Assembly: GCA_032718475.1 (NCBI GenBank)
Contig: JAUCBJ010009060.1
Coordinates: 72,065-136,064 of the forward strand
Source of the DNA: Nemertoderma westbladi
Taxonomy: Eukaryota; Animalia; Xenacoelomorpha
DNA: 64,000 nucleotides
Reading direction: 5' to 3'
The stretch's first letter is position 1. Each line of letters begins with the position of its first letter. Both the position numbers and the translations under genes were made by a program. Of this stretch, positions 35,181-50,489 are shown piece after piece. The notes below the pieces were generated by a model. The model did not search any database. It was not told where the DNA came from and saw only the letters and a program-made list of their open reading frames with translations.

Positions 35181-37077
35181 TATAGAATTATATTCTCTAA
35201 ATGCCGTGGATTTTCAAAATTTTATTTTATTCGAATTAACTTTGTAAAAGATTGCTTTGAATCCTCATTTGTATTTGTTATATCGCCTATCGGTCAAGTG
35301 GTTCAGTAGCTCAGTCGGTAGAGCGTTGGAAATTATATGTGTAGTAGGTATTGAGTTCGAATCCTAGTAAGTGCGAATTATTTTTTGTGCAGAATTTCAA
35401 CTCATTTAAATTAACCGCTACAAATTAATTGCATTTGTCTGTACCAATGAGACTGTAGTTATTTGATTGTAACCAATGTCGTGCAAGTTATATATTAGCT
35501 GGACCAATAGCTATCTTTAAAACCTTGTTAGAACCTATAGATCAATCGAGAATTTTCTCGATTGATTGCAGCACAAATTTGGTATAAAAGGGTGCGATTT
35601 GTTCATTAGTTATCTTTCTCATCTATGCTTCTCAGATTATCTTATCTTATCAATATTCTGTCGTGCTTAGTTTATTTCAGATTACATTGTATTATAATTA
35701 TATTTTCTGTAATAAAGTCAGAATTATCGCTAATCTGCTTTTCTATCTGTTTTACCATGGATTCACTACGGTGAACAAACCTAAGGGACAGGATGACCGG
35801 CTAGAGATCGGGCCGCAGCAATGAACGGGAACATCGGGGGAATGTAGACCAGAGACAACCCGCAATACCATCTTGAGTTATTCGCCCATCGCCTGAAAGG
35901 TTAGACAGCGTTCGATCCTTGCTACCTAAGTGTAAGACCAAAAGATCAAAAGGTAGAAGTAGTGACACGCTGTGAGCCTAAAATTACATCTTAGAGACTG
36001 TACTGTCTTGATTCAGGAAAAACCGCAGTAGACCTTCATATTCCTACGGGGGGGAGAGGGAAAGAGCGCAGGCAGATACTAGTACGCAGATAGGACGTAG
36101 GCACACCGGTACAAGGCATACACATTGGTTAGGGTGCAGCAAACTGTACGCCTAACTCTTGCTAAGTGCAGGTGTGTGTGCGACTATTTGTAGTACGACA
36201 GTGTCCATTGCATTATAACTTGTAGGCTAGGGGGGTTGCTGTGTTTTCACCTGAATTGGGATTGTACCGTTCAGGCGGTAGGGCAGTTTACAGCTAGGCG
36301 CAAATAAATTGAGGCTATTAGGGATACTAACATCTACCGTGTCCCCGCCAACGCCCTAATAGGAAGTTACCCGGACTACCTGGGTGACTAAAATTCTAGA
36401 TAAGAGCCAGGATAGCTATTAGTAACTGTACGCCTACAGTAGTAAACTAACACATCTCTTCTTAGTATCAGGGACCTGGTACCTAAAATTGCCGAATTCT
36501 GGGCGTAGCATTAACCTTATGCCTGAATTTGAGTCCTGGAAATACGCAAGAGGGGAAGGAACCTTATCATTCGTGAGTATTGGACCTACAAGTTACAAAA
36601 TTAGAATATTCGTAAAATGCACACCGTACCCAGTAATTATATATGTGAAGGAGCAAAACTGTTTTTGACCGTTCAGAATTAACACACGCGCGTTAGAAAT
36701 TATTTACACCTCAAAATATATAAAATTAACTTTCGTCCTTACTGTGCTTTGCCCGCTAGTTAGACATCTCCAAATCTCTGCCTGTACCTAGCTAGCGTCC
36801 CTTCGCCCAACCATATAAATCACACCGCGGCAAAGTATACGAGCCCTTTAGTCCGTCAGTGAGTCAGCCTGATTTTAGGATTCGCTGCGCGGGATTTTGT
36901 TTTATCGAAGTTTGTCTGCTCGTAGACTGTTTTCTGCCTCACCGGTTATAAGAGATCGATACTGCAATATATTCGCTTACTTAGAGTTTACTGTTTTGGT
37001 GAGAAGGTCGGATTTATGATTTGATTCACAAACTTTACAGTAGGATATTGCAGGTATTGTTACTGTCTCTTCGAATA
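35181..37077 (+). repeat. LTR3 (~1897 bp)
   Basis: Third direct repeat; similarity stops after ...CTCTTCGAATA. Confidence 0.88.
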
Positions 37078-37265
37078 AGTGTGCTACACGAGTGGTATGT
37101 TATAAGAACGGACAGTGTGCTGCACGAGTGGTATGTTACATGAACAAAATATAGCCACGAGGATCAGCGCATGGAAAAGTACATTGACAAAAGTACGTGG
37201 TCCCTTAAAACTGCACGCGAACTGCCTGTTCAGTAGAAATGGGTTAGATGGGAGAGTAAGCATCA

Positions 37266-37368
37266 GGGGCAAGTGGCTAAACTGGTTAGCGCTACTGATG
37301 AGGCCTGATAGGCTGAAACGTACGTATAGCGCTGGTTCAACCCCCGGTGACGTGCTTCCTCATTTTTT
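37266..37368 (+). ncRNA. tRNA-like Pol III unit (SINE-like) containing a minimal type I hammerhead ribozyme
   Basis: A box TGGCTAAACTGG; stem I AGCGCTA(37288-94)/TAGCGCT(37327-33); core CTGATGA; stem II GGCCT-GAT-AGGCT; GAAAC-GTAC-GTA; B box GGTTCAACCCC; T6 at 37363. Confidence 0.85.
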
Positions 37369-37646
37369 CCATTTCTGAACGAAACCATAATATTACATCA
37401 TGCTGATAAAAAACCGTATAGGGTATGTATCTTTTGCTGCAATAAAATTCCAAAATTTTATAAATATAATAATAATAATAATATAAAAAATAGTATAAAA
37501 TATAATACCGATTCCGTCTTTGATAAATTGTTGATGTTAATTGCTTTCAATTATTAAAATGCAATAACAATTATTTTATAATATACTAGGCGAGTAACGA
37601 ATTACATAATATTATGTATTTTAATTTATTGTCATCCTACATTATC

Positions 37647-40600
37647 CGGTTGTTATACACAACGACTATGGTCGTTATACACAAGGACTACGGTCGTTAT
37701 ACACAAGGACTACGGTCGTTATACACAAGGACTAAGGTCGTTATACACAAGGACTACGGTCGTTATACACAAGAACTACGGTCGTTATACACAAGGACAT
37801 CGGTTGTTATACACAAGGACTACGGTTGTTATACACAAGGACTACGGTCGTTATACACAAGGACTAAGGTCGTTATACACAAGGACTACGGTCGTTATAC
37901 ACAAGAACTACGGTCGTTATACACAAGGACATCGGTTGTTATACACAAGGACTACGGTTGTTATACACAAGGACTACGGTCGTTATACACAAGGACTAAG
38001 GTCGTTATACACAAGGACTACGGTCGTTATACACAAGAACTACGGTCGTTATACACAAGGACATCGGTTGTTATACACAAGGACTAAGGTCGTTATACAC
38101 AAGGACTACGGTTGTTATACACAAGGACTACGGTCGTTATACACAAGGACTACGGTCGTTATACACAAGGACTACGGTCGTTATACACAAGGACTACGGT
38201 TGTTATACACAAGGACTACGGTCGTTATACACAAGGACTACGGTTGTTATACACAAGGACTACGGTCGTTATACACAAGGACTACGGTCGTTATACACAA
38301 GGACTACGGTCGTTATACACAAGGACTACGGTTGTTATACACAAGGACTACGGTCGTTATACACAAGGACTACGGTTGTTATACACAAGGACTACGGTTG
38401 TTATACACAAGGACTACGGTCGTTATACACAAGGACTACGGTCGTTATACACAAGGACTACGGTCGTTATACACAAGGACTACGGTTGTTATACACAAGG
38501 ACTACGGTTGTTATACACAAGGACTACGGTTGTTATACACAAGGACTACGGTCGTTATACACAAGGACTACGGTCGTTATACACAAGGACTACGGTCGTT
38601 ATACACAAGGACTACGGTCGTTATACACAAGGACTACGGTTGTTATACACAAGGACTATGGTTGTTATACACAAGGACTACTGTTGTTATACACAAGGAC
38701 TACGGTCGTTATAAACAAGGACTACGGTCGTTATACACAAGGACTACGGTCGTTATACACAAGGACTACGGTCGTTATACACAAGGACTACGGTCGTTAT
38801 ACACAAGGACTACGGTCGTTATACACAAGGACTACGGTTGTTATACACAAGGACTACGGTTGTTATACACAAGGACTACGGTCGTTATACACAAGGACTA
38901 CGGTTGTTATACACAAGGACTACGGTTGTTATACACAAGGACATCGGTTGTTATACACAAGGACTACGGTCGTTATACACAAGGACTACGGTCGTTATAC
39001 ACAAGGACTACGGTTGTTATACACAAGGACTACGGTTGTTATACACAAGGACTACGGTCGTTATACACAAGGACTACGGTTGTTATACACAAGGACTACG
39101 GTTGTTATACACAAGGACTACGGTCGTTATACACAAGGACTACGGTCGTTATACACAAGGACTACGGTTGTTATACACAAGGACTACGGTCAACCAAGGA
39201 CTACGGTCGTTATACACAAGGACTACGGTCGTTATACACAAGGACTACGGTTGTTATACACAAGGACTATGGTTGTTATACACAAGGACTACGGTCGTTA
39301 TACACAAGGACTACGGTCGTTATACACAAGGACTACGGTTGTTATACACAAGGACTACGGTCGTTATACACAAGGACTACGGTCGAACCAAGGACTACGG
39401 TCGTTATACACAAGGACTACGGTCGTTATACACAAGGACTACGGTTGTTATACACAAGGACTATGGTTGTTATACACAAGGACTACGGTTGTTATACACA
39501 AGGACTACGGTCGTTATAAACAAGGACTACGGTCGTTATACACAAGGACTACGGTCGTTATACACAAGGACTACGGTCGTTATACACAAGGACTACGGTT
39601 GTTATACACAAGGACTACGGTCGTTATACACAAGGACTACGGTTGTTATACACAAGGACTACGGTCGTTATACACAAGGACTACGGTCGTTATACACAAG
39701 GACTACGGTTGTTATACACAAGGACTACGGTTGTTATACACAAGGACTACGGTCGTTATACACAAGGACTACGGTTGTTATACACAAGAACTACGGTCGT
39801 TATACAGTACACAAGGACTACGGTCGTTATACACAAGGACTACGGTCGTTATACACAAGGACTACGGTCGTTATACACAAGGACTCCGGTCATTATACTC
39901 AAGGACTACGGTCGTTATACAGTACACAAGGACTACGGTTGTTATACACAAGGACTACGGTTGTTATACACAAGGACTACGGTTGTTATACACAAGGACT
40001 ACGGTTGTTATACACAAGGACTACGGTTGTTATACACAAGGACTACGGTTGTTATACACAAGGACTACGGTTGTTATACACAAGGACTACGGTTGTTATA
40101 CACAAGGACTACGGTTGTTATACACAAGGACTACGGTTGTTATACACAAGGACTACGGTTGTTATACACAAGGACTACGGTTGTTATACACAAGGACTAC
40201 GGTTGTTATACACAAGGACTACGGTTGTTACACAAGGACTACGGTCGTTATACACAAGGACTACGGTCGTTATACACAAGGACTCCGGTGGTTATACACA
40301 AGGACTACGGTTGTTATACACAAGGACTACGGTCGTTATACACAAGGACTACGGTCGTTATACACAAGGACTACGGTCGTTATACACAAGGACTACGGTC
40401 GTTATACACAAGGACTACGGTTGTTATACACAAGGACTACGGTTGTTATACACAAGGACTACGGTCGTTATACACAAGGACTACGGTCGTTATACACAAG
40501 GACTACGGTGGTTATACACAAGGACTACGGTCGTTATACACAAGGACTACGGTCGTTATACACAAGGACTACGGTTGTTATACACAAGGACTACGGTCGT

Positions 40601-43600
40601 TATACACAAGGACTACGGTCGTTATACACAAGGACTACGGTCGTTATACACAAGGACTACGGTCGTTATACACAAGGACTACGGTTGTTATACACAAGGA
40701 CTACGGTCGTTATACACAAGGACTACGGTTGTTATACACAAGGACTACGGTCGTTATACACAAGGACTACGGTTGTTATACACAAGGACTACGGTTGTTA
40801 TACACAAGGACTACGGTTGTTATACACAAGGACTACGGTTGTTATACACAAGGACTACGGTTGTTATACACAAGGACTACGGTTGTTCACAAGGACTACG
40901 GTCGTTATACACAAGGACTACGGTCGTTATACACAAGGACTACGGTTGTTATACACAAGGACTACGGTTGTTATACACAAGGACTACGGTTGTTATACAC
41001 AAGGACTACGGTCGTTATACACAAGGACTACGGTCGTTATACACAAGGACTACGGTTGTTATACACAAGGACTACGGTCGTTATACACAAGGACTACGGT
41101 CGTTATACACAAGGACTACGGTCGTTATACACAAGGACTACGGTTGTTATACACAAGGACTACGGTTGTTCACAAGGACTACGGTCGTTATACACAAGGA
41201 CTACGGTCGTTATACACAAGGACTACGGTTGTTATACACAAGGACTACGGTCGTTATACACAAGGACTACGGTCGTTATACACAAGGACTACGGTCGTTA
41301 TACACAAGGACTACGGTTGTTATACACAAGGACTACGGTCGTTATACACAAGGACTACGGTCGTTATACACAAGGACTACGGTCGTTATACACAAGGACT
41401 ACGGTCGTTATACACAAGGACTACGGTTGTTATACACAAGGACTACGGTCGTTATACACAAGGACTACGGTCGTTATACACAAGGACTACAGTCGTTATA
41501 CAGTACACAAGGACTACGGTCGTTATACACAAGGACTACGGTTGTTATACACAAGGACTACGGTTGTTATACACAAGGACTACGGTTGTTATACACAAGG
41601 ACTACGGTCGTTATACACAAGGACTACGGTTGTTATACACAAGGACTACGGTTGTTATACACAAGGACTACGGTCGTTATACACAAGGACTACGGTTGTT
41701 ATACACAAGGACTACGGTTGTTATACACAAGGACTACGGTCGTTATACACAAGGACTACGGTCGTTATACACAAGGACTACGGTTGTTATACACAAGGAC
41801 TACGGTGTTATACACAAGGACTACGGTCGTTATACACAAGGACTACGGTCGTTATACACAAGGACTACGGTCGTTATACACAAGGACTACGGTTGTTATA
41901 CACAAGGACTACGGTTGTTATACACAAGGACTACGGTCGTTATACACAAGGACTACGGTCGTTATACACAAGGACTACGGTTGTTATACACAAGGACTAC
42001 GGTCGTTATACACAAGGACTACGGTCGTTATACACAAGGACTACGGTCGTTATACACAAGGACTACGGTCGTTATACACAAGGACTACGGTCGTTATACA
42101 CAAGGACTACGGTTGTTATACACAAGGACTACGGTCGTTATACACAAGGACTACGGTCGTTATACACAAGGACTACGGTCGTTATACACAAGGACTACGG
42201 TCGTTATACACAAGGACTACGGTCGTTATACACAAGGACTACGGTCGTTATACACAAGGACTACGGTTGTTATACACAAGGACTACGGTCGTTATACACA
42301 AGGACTACGGTTGTTACACAAGGACTACGGTCGTTATACACAAGGACTACGGTCGTTATACACAAGGACTACGGTTGTTATACACAAGGACTACGGTCGT
42401 TATACACAAGGACTACGGTCGTTATACACAAGGACTACGGTCGTTATACACAAGGACTACGGTTGTTATACACAAGGACTACGGTCGTTATACACAAGGA
42501 CTACGGTTGTTATACACAAGGACTACGGTTGTTATACACAAGGACTACGGTTGTTATACACAAGGACTACGGTTGTTATACACAAGGACTACGGTTGTTC
42601 ACAAGGACTACGGTCGTTATACACAAGGACTACGGTCGTTATACACAAGGACTACGGTTGTTATACACAAGGACTACGGTTGTTATACACAAGGACTACG
42701 GTTGTTCACAAGGACTACGGTCGTTATACACAAGGACTACGGTCGTTATACACAAGGACTACGGTGGTTATACACAAGGACTACGGTTGTTATACACAAG
42801 GACTACGGTTGTTCACAAGGACTACGGTCGTTATACACAAGGACTACGGTCGTTATACACAAGGACTCCGGTGGTTATACACAAGGACTACGGTCGTTAT
42901 ACACAAGGACTACGGTCGTTATACACAAGGACTACGGTTGTTATACACAAGGACTACGGTCGTTATACACAAGGACTACGGTCGTTATACACAAGGACTA
43001 CGGTCGTTATACACAAGGACTACGGTCGTTATACACAAGGACTACGGTTGTTACACAAGGACTACGGTCGTTATACACAAGGACTACGGTCGTTATACAC
43101 AAGGACTACGGTTGTTATACACAAGGACTACGGTTGTTATACACAAGGACTACGGTTGTTATACACAAGGACTACGGTTGTTATACACAAGGACTACGGT
43201 TGTTATACACAAGGACTACGGTTGTTCACAAGGACTACGGTCGTTATACACAAGGACTACGGTCGTTATACACAAGGACTACGGTTGTTATACACAAGGA
43301 CTACGGTTGTTATACACAAGGACTACGGTTGTTCACAAGGACTACGGTCGTTATACACAAGGACTACGGTCGTTATACACAAGGACTACGGTTGTTATAC
43401 ACAAGGACTACGGTCGTTATACACAAGGACTACGGTCGTTATACACAAGGACTACGGTCGTTATACACAAGGACTACGGTTGTTATACACAAGGACTACG
43501 GTTGTTCACAAGGACTACGGTCGTTATACACAAGGACTACGGTCGTTATACACAAGGACTACGGTTGTTATACACAAGGACTACGGTCGTTATACACAAG

Positions 43601-46600
43601 GACTACGGTCGTTATACACAAGGACTACGGTCGTTATACACAAGGACTACGGTTGTTATACACAAGGACTACGGTCGTTATACACAAGGACTACGGTCGT
43701 TATACACAAGGACTACGGTCGTTATACACAAGGACTACGGTCGTTATACACAAGGACTACGGTTGTTATACACAAGGACTACGGTCGTTATACACAAGGA
43801 CTACGGTCGTTATACACAAGGACTACAGTCGTTATACAGTACACAAGGACTACGGTCGTTATACACAAGGACTACGGTTGTTATACACAAGGACTACGGT
43901 TGTTATACACAAGGACTACGGTTGTTATACACAAGGACTACGGTCGTTATACACAAGGACTACGGTTGTTATACACAAGGACTACGGTTGTTATACACAA
44001 GGACTACGGTCGTTATACACAAGGACTACGGTTGTTATACACAAGGACTACGGTTGTTATACACAAGGACTACGGTCGTTATACACAAGGACTACGGTCG
44101 TTATACACAAGGACTACGGTTGTTATACACAAGGACATACGGTGTTATACACAAGGACTACGGTCGTTATACACAAGGACTACGGTCGTTATACACAAGG
44201 ACTACGGTCGTTATACACAAGGACTACGGTTGTTATACACAAGGACTACGGTTGTTATACACAAGGACTACGGTCGTTATACACAAGGACTACGGTCGTT
44301 ATACACAAGGACTACGGTTGTTATACACAAGGACTACGGTCGTTATACACAAGGACTACGGTCGTTATACACAAGGACTACGGTCGTTATACACAAGGAC
44401 TACGGTCGTTATACACAAGGACTACGGTCGTTATACACAAGGACTACGGTTGTTATACACAAGGACTACGGTCGTTATACACAAGGACTACGGTCGTTAT
44501 ACACAAGGACTACGGTCGTTATACACAAGGACTACGGTCGTTATACACAAGGACTACGGTCGTTATACACAAGGACTACGGTCGTTATACACAAGGACTA
44601 CGGTTGTTATACACAAGGACTACGGTCGTTATACACAAGGACTACGGTTGTTACACAAGGACTACGGTCGTTATACACAAGGACTACGGTCGTTATACAC
44701 AAGGACTACGGTTGTTATACACAAGGACTACGGTCGTTATACACAAGGACTACGGTCGTTATACACAAGGACTACGGTCGTTATACACAAGGACTACGGT
44801 TGTTATACACAAGGACTACGGTCGTTATACACAAGGACTACGGTTGTTATACACAAGGACTACGGTTGTTATACACAAGGACTACGGTTGTTATACACAA
44901 GGACTACGGTTGTTATACACAAGGACTACGGTTGTTCACAAGGACTACGGTCGTTATACACAAGGACTACGGTTGTTATACACAAGGACTACGGTTGTTA
45001 TACACAAGGACTACGGTTGTTATACACAAGGACTACGGTTGTTCACAAGGACTACGGTCGTTATACACAAGGACTACGGTCGTTATACACAAGGACTACG
45101 GTCGTTATACACAAGGACTACGGTCGTTATACACAAGGACTACGGTTGTTATACACAAGGACTACGGTTGTTATACACAAGGACTACGGTTGTTCACAAG
45201 GACTACGGTTGTTATACACAAGGACTACGGTTGTTATACACAAGGACTACGGTTGTTCACAAGGACTACGGTCGTTATACACAAGGACTACGGTCGTTAT
45301 ACACAAGGACTACGGTCGTTATACACAAGGACTACGGTCGTTATACACAAGGACTACGGTTGTTATACACAAGGACTACGGTTGTTATACACAAGGACTA
45401 CGGTTGTTCACAAGGACTACGGTTGTTATACACAAGGACTACGGTTGTTATACACAAGGACTACGGTTGTTCACAAGGACTACGGTCGTTATACACAAGG
45501 ACTACGGTCGTTATACACAAGGACTACGGTCGTTATACACAAGGACTACGGTCGTTATACACAAGGACTACGGTCGTTATACACAAGGACTACGGTCGTT
45601 ATACACAAGGACTACGGTCGTTATACACAAGGACTACGGTTGTTATACACAAGGACTACGGTTGTTATACACAAGGACTACGGTTGTTCACAAGGACTAC
45701 GGTTGTTATACACAAGGACTACGGTTGTTATACACAAGGACTACGGTTGTTCACAAGGACTACGGTCGTTATACACAAGGACTACGGTCGTTATACACAA
45801 GGACTACGGTTGTTATACACAAGGACTACGGTCGTTATACACAAGGACTACGGTCGTTATACACAAGGACTACGGTCGTTATACAGTACACAAGGACTAC
45901 GGTCGTTATACACAAGGACTACGGTTGTTATACACAAGGACTACGGTTGTTATACACAAGGACTACGGTTGTTATACACAAGGACTACGGTCGTTATACA
46001 CAAGGACTACGGTTGTTATACACAAGGACTACGGTTGTTATACACAAGGACTACGGTCGTTATACACAAGGACTACGGTTGTTATACACAAGGACTACGG
46101 TTGTTATACACAAGGACTACGGTCGTTATACACAAGGACTACGGTCGTTATACACAAGGACTACGGTTGTTATACACAAGGACTACGGTGTTATACACAA
46201 GGACTACGGTCGTTATACACAAGGACTACGGTCGTTATACACAAGGACTACGGTCGTTATACACAAGGACTACGGTTGTTATACACAAGGACTACGGTTG
46301 TTATACACAAGGACTACGGTCGTTATACACAAGGACTACGGTCGTTATACACAAGGACTACGGTTGTTATACACAAGGACTACGGTCGTTATACACAAGG
46401 ACTACGGTCGTTATACACAAGGACTACGGTCGTTATACACAAGGACTACGGTCGTTATACACAAGGACTACGGTCGTTATACACAAGGACTACGGTTGTT
46501 ATACACAAGGACTACGGTCGTTATACACAAGGACTACGGTCGTTATACACAAGGACTACGGTCGTTATACACAAGGACTACGGTCGTTATACACAAGGAC

Positions 46601-49265
46601 TACGGTCGTTATACACAAGGACTACGGTCGTTATACACAAGGACTACGGTTGTTATACACAAGGACTACGGTCGTTATACACAAGGACTACGGTTGTTCA
46701 CAAGGACTACGGTCGTTATACACAAGGACTACGGTCGTTATACACAAGGACTACGGTTGTTATACACAAGGACTACGGTCGTTATACACAAGGACTACGG
46801 TCGTTATACACAAGGACTACGGTCGTTATACACAAGGACTACGGTTGTTATACACAAGGACTACGGTCGTTATACACAATGACTACGGTTGTTATACACA
46901 AGGACTACGGTTGTTATACACAAGGACTACGGTTGTTATACACAAGGACTACGGTTGTTATACACAAGGACTACGGTTGTTCACAAGGACTACGGTCGTT
47001 ATACACAAGGACTACGGTTGTTATACACAAGGACTACGGTTGTTATACACAAGGACTACGGTTGTTATACACAAGGACTACGGTTGTTCACAAGGACTAC
47101 GGTCGTTATACACAAGGACTACGGTCGTTATACACAAGGACTACGGTTGTTATACACAAGGACTACGGTTGTTATACACAAGGACTACGGTTGTTCACAA
47201 GGACTACGGTCGTTATACACAAGGACTACGGTCGTTATACACAAGGACTACGGTTGTTATACACAAGGACTACGGTCGTTATACACAAGGACTACGGTCG
47301 TTATACACAAGGACTACGGTCGTTATACACAAGGACTACGGTTGTTATACACAAGGACTACGGTTGTTCACAAGGACTACGGTCGTTATACACAAGGACT
47401 ACGGTCGTTATACACAAGGACTACGGTTGTTATACACAAGGACTACGGTCGTTATACACAAGGACTACGGTCGTTATACACAAGGACTACGGTCGTTATA
47501 CACAAGGACTACGGTTGTTATACACAAGGACTACGGTCGTTATACACAAGGACTACGGTCGTTATACACAAGGACTACGGTCGTTATACACAAGGACTAC
47601 GGTCGTTATACACAAGGACTACGGTTGTTATACACAAGGACTACGGTCGTTATACACAAGGACTACGGTCGTTATACACAAGGACTACAGTCGTTATACA
47701 GTACACAAGGACTACGGTCGTTATACACAAGGACTACGGTTGTTATACACAAGGACTACGGTTGTTATACACAAGGACTACGGTTGTTATACACAAGGAC
47801 TACGGTCGTTATACACAAGGACTACGGTTGTTATACACAAGGACTACGGTTGTTATACACAAGGACTACGGTCGTTATACACAAGGACTACGGTTGTTAT
47901 ACACAAGGACTACGGTTGTTATACACAAGGACTACGGTCGTTATACACAAGGACTACGGTCGTTATACACAAGGACTACGGTTGTTATACACAAGGACAT
48001 CGGTGTTATACACAAGGACTACGGTCGTTATACACAAGGACTACGGTCGTTATACACAAGGACTACGGTCGTTATACACAAGGACTACGGTTGTTATACA
48101 CAAGGACTACGGTTGTTATACACAAGGACTACGGTCGTTATACACAAGGACTACGGTCGTTATACACAAGGACTACGGTTGTTATACACAAGGACTACGG
48201 TCGTTATACACAAGGACTACGGTCGTTATACACAAGGACTACGGTCGTTATACACAAGGACTACGGTCGTTATACACAAGGACTACGGTCGTTATACACA
48301 AGGACTACGGTTGTTATACACAAGGACTACGGTCGTTATACACAAGGACTACGGTCGTTATACACAAGGACTACGGTCGTTATACACAAGGACTACGGTC
48401 GTTATACACAAGGACTACGGTCGTTATACACAAGGACTACGGTCGTTATACACAAGGACTACGGTTGTTATACACAAGGACTACGGTCGTTATACACAAG
48501 GACTACGGTTGTTCACAAGGACTACGGTCGTTATACACAAGGACTACGGTCGTTATACACAAGGACTACGGTTGTTATACACAAGGACTACGGTCGTTAT
48601 ACACAAGGACTACGGTCGTTATACACAAGGACTACGGTCGTTATACACAAGGACTACGGTTGTTATACACAAGGACTACGGTCGTTATACACAATGACTA
48701 CGGTTGTTATACACAAGGACTACGGTTGTTATACACAAGGACTACGGTTGTTATACACAAGGACTACGGTTGTTATACACAAGGACTACGGTTGTTCACA
48801 AGGACTACGGTCGTTATACACAAGGACTACGGTTGTTATACACAAGGACTACGGTTGTTATACACAAGGACTACGGTTGTTATACACAAGGACTACGGTT
48901 GTTCACAAGGACTACGGTCGTTATACACAAGGACTACGGTCGTTATACACAAGGACTACGGTCGTTATACACAAGGACTACGGTCGTTATACACAAGGAC
49001 TACGGTTGTTATACACAAGGACTACGGTTGTTATACACAAGGACTACGGTTGTTCACAAGGACTACGGTTGTTATACACAAGGACTACGGTTGTTATACA
49101 CAAGGACTACGGTTGTTCACAAGGACTACGGTCGTTATACACAAGGACTACGGTCGTTATACACAAGGACTACGGTCGTTATACACAAGGACTACGGTCG
49201 TTATACACAAGGACTACGGTTGTTATACACAAGGACTACGGTTGTTATACACAAGGACTACGGTT
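37647..49265. repeat. 22-bp satellite array, ~11.6 kb (~530 units)
   Basis: Unit GGACTACGGTYGTTATACACAA; the very long + strand ORFs here are artefacts of a stop-free unit. Confidence 0.98.
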
Positions 49266-50489
49266 CTTTTTATCAGTTACACCGAATATTTGAATGCGGT
49301 CCAAACAATCGGAGTAGCTAATTTAATTCTAGAAACCTTTCCGGAAATGTTGACAATAATAATGACGTGGCGGCACTCGAGTGCAAACACAACAGAAGTT
49401 TCGGAAAATTTCATTTAGTTCAATGGCCTCCTTGGATAGCCGAAGAGTCGCTATGGTGATTAGGTATATAGACAGCTTTCCATCCCCTATTACCCATCCG
49501 GCACTCTCATTTTTGGCAACGTTATTAAATTACGATACAATGCGTCGGATTGTCGATTTTCTCCAGGACAGCGAATGTACAGTACTGTACCTAAATCTAA
49601 TCTGAGGATTTAGAATGAATGTGGCTCGGTAGAATTCATATTGCCGGCTGCCCCAGTGGATGAGTTTACCTTACATGGACATCATTATAGGCGACCTTAT
49701 GACCGACAGGGTTGCGTCACTCGTGCTCTAGGCAGGGCGAATCTTTCGGTTAGTCGTAAACGCTACGTACATTTGAAGAAGCCGGGAAAACGAATGGGCA
49801 TTTTTTGATAATTGAGTTGCTTGAATAGCAGGATACCCTGAATATGTTAAGAGTTACCACAATGGCTTCCATGTATCTCAGATTTTCAAGTAAAGTATTA
49901 TAATGAAATTTTTTTACTATTTAAATTTAAATGTACAATACATTTTTACAATACAAATGTAAAAACATTTATTGCAGTAACAACTTTTTATAATATCATA
50001 AACGCGTATTGCGTAAAATAGGTACTTGATTTATTAATAGTACGTAATTAAGTTATCATATAGTTAATGAATAATTTACTGTGTAGTTGTGGTATTTTAT
50101 TCAGTAATTGGTTTTATATTTTAGGTTAGCGTAGTGTTTTATTTGTATAATATTGCATTTGAAACAAAATAACATAAGGATCCCCTTCTCGGAAAGCCGC
50201 CGTCTTTTAAAAAAGGAAGTAGGCCATGGGGCTAACTTATATTCAATAGTGAATTGTTAATGATTTTTACACACTCTAGGCCTACTGAAATGTTCTAATG
50301 TATGAATAAATTCATTTATCTACTTTAGGTCTACACAAAATGTAGCGGCTGCATCAATTTACACAGTAATATTATAGTCTGTAACTACATTCACATAAAG
50401 TGACTGTAAATAAACATAAACACTCTACTACGACTACCACTACTAAGTCGAGCGAGCTCTGACAGTGGAAATGAGGTTCTTTCAGGCTC

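Larger units (their letters stand above)
17927..37077 (+). mobile_element. BEL/Pao LTR retrotransposon, copy 2 (intact, ~19.15 kb)
   Basis: Two LTRs, uninterrupted 3099-aa gag-pol and 1241-aa ORF2; purine-rich GGAGCGG directly before each 3' LTR (PPT-like). Confidence 0.97.

Noticed and set aside
37647-49265. CRISPR array interpretation of the satellite
   Set aside because: Repeats abut with no unique spacers, no cas genes, eukaryotic context
37614-49418. Giant 2800-3500-aa ORFs in all three + frames
   Set aside because: Consequence of a 22-bp unit lacking stop codons; indels switch frames freely, so there is no coding constraint
49640-49800. Possible HDV-like ribozyme (GC-rich, GCGAAT/CGAATGGG motifs)
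   Set aside because: Could not build a consistent P1/P1.1/P2/P3 nested pseudoknot by eye
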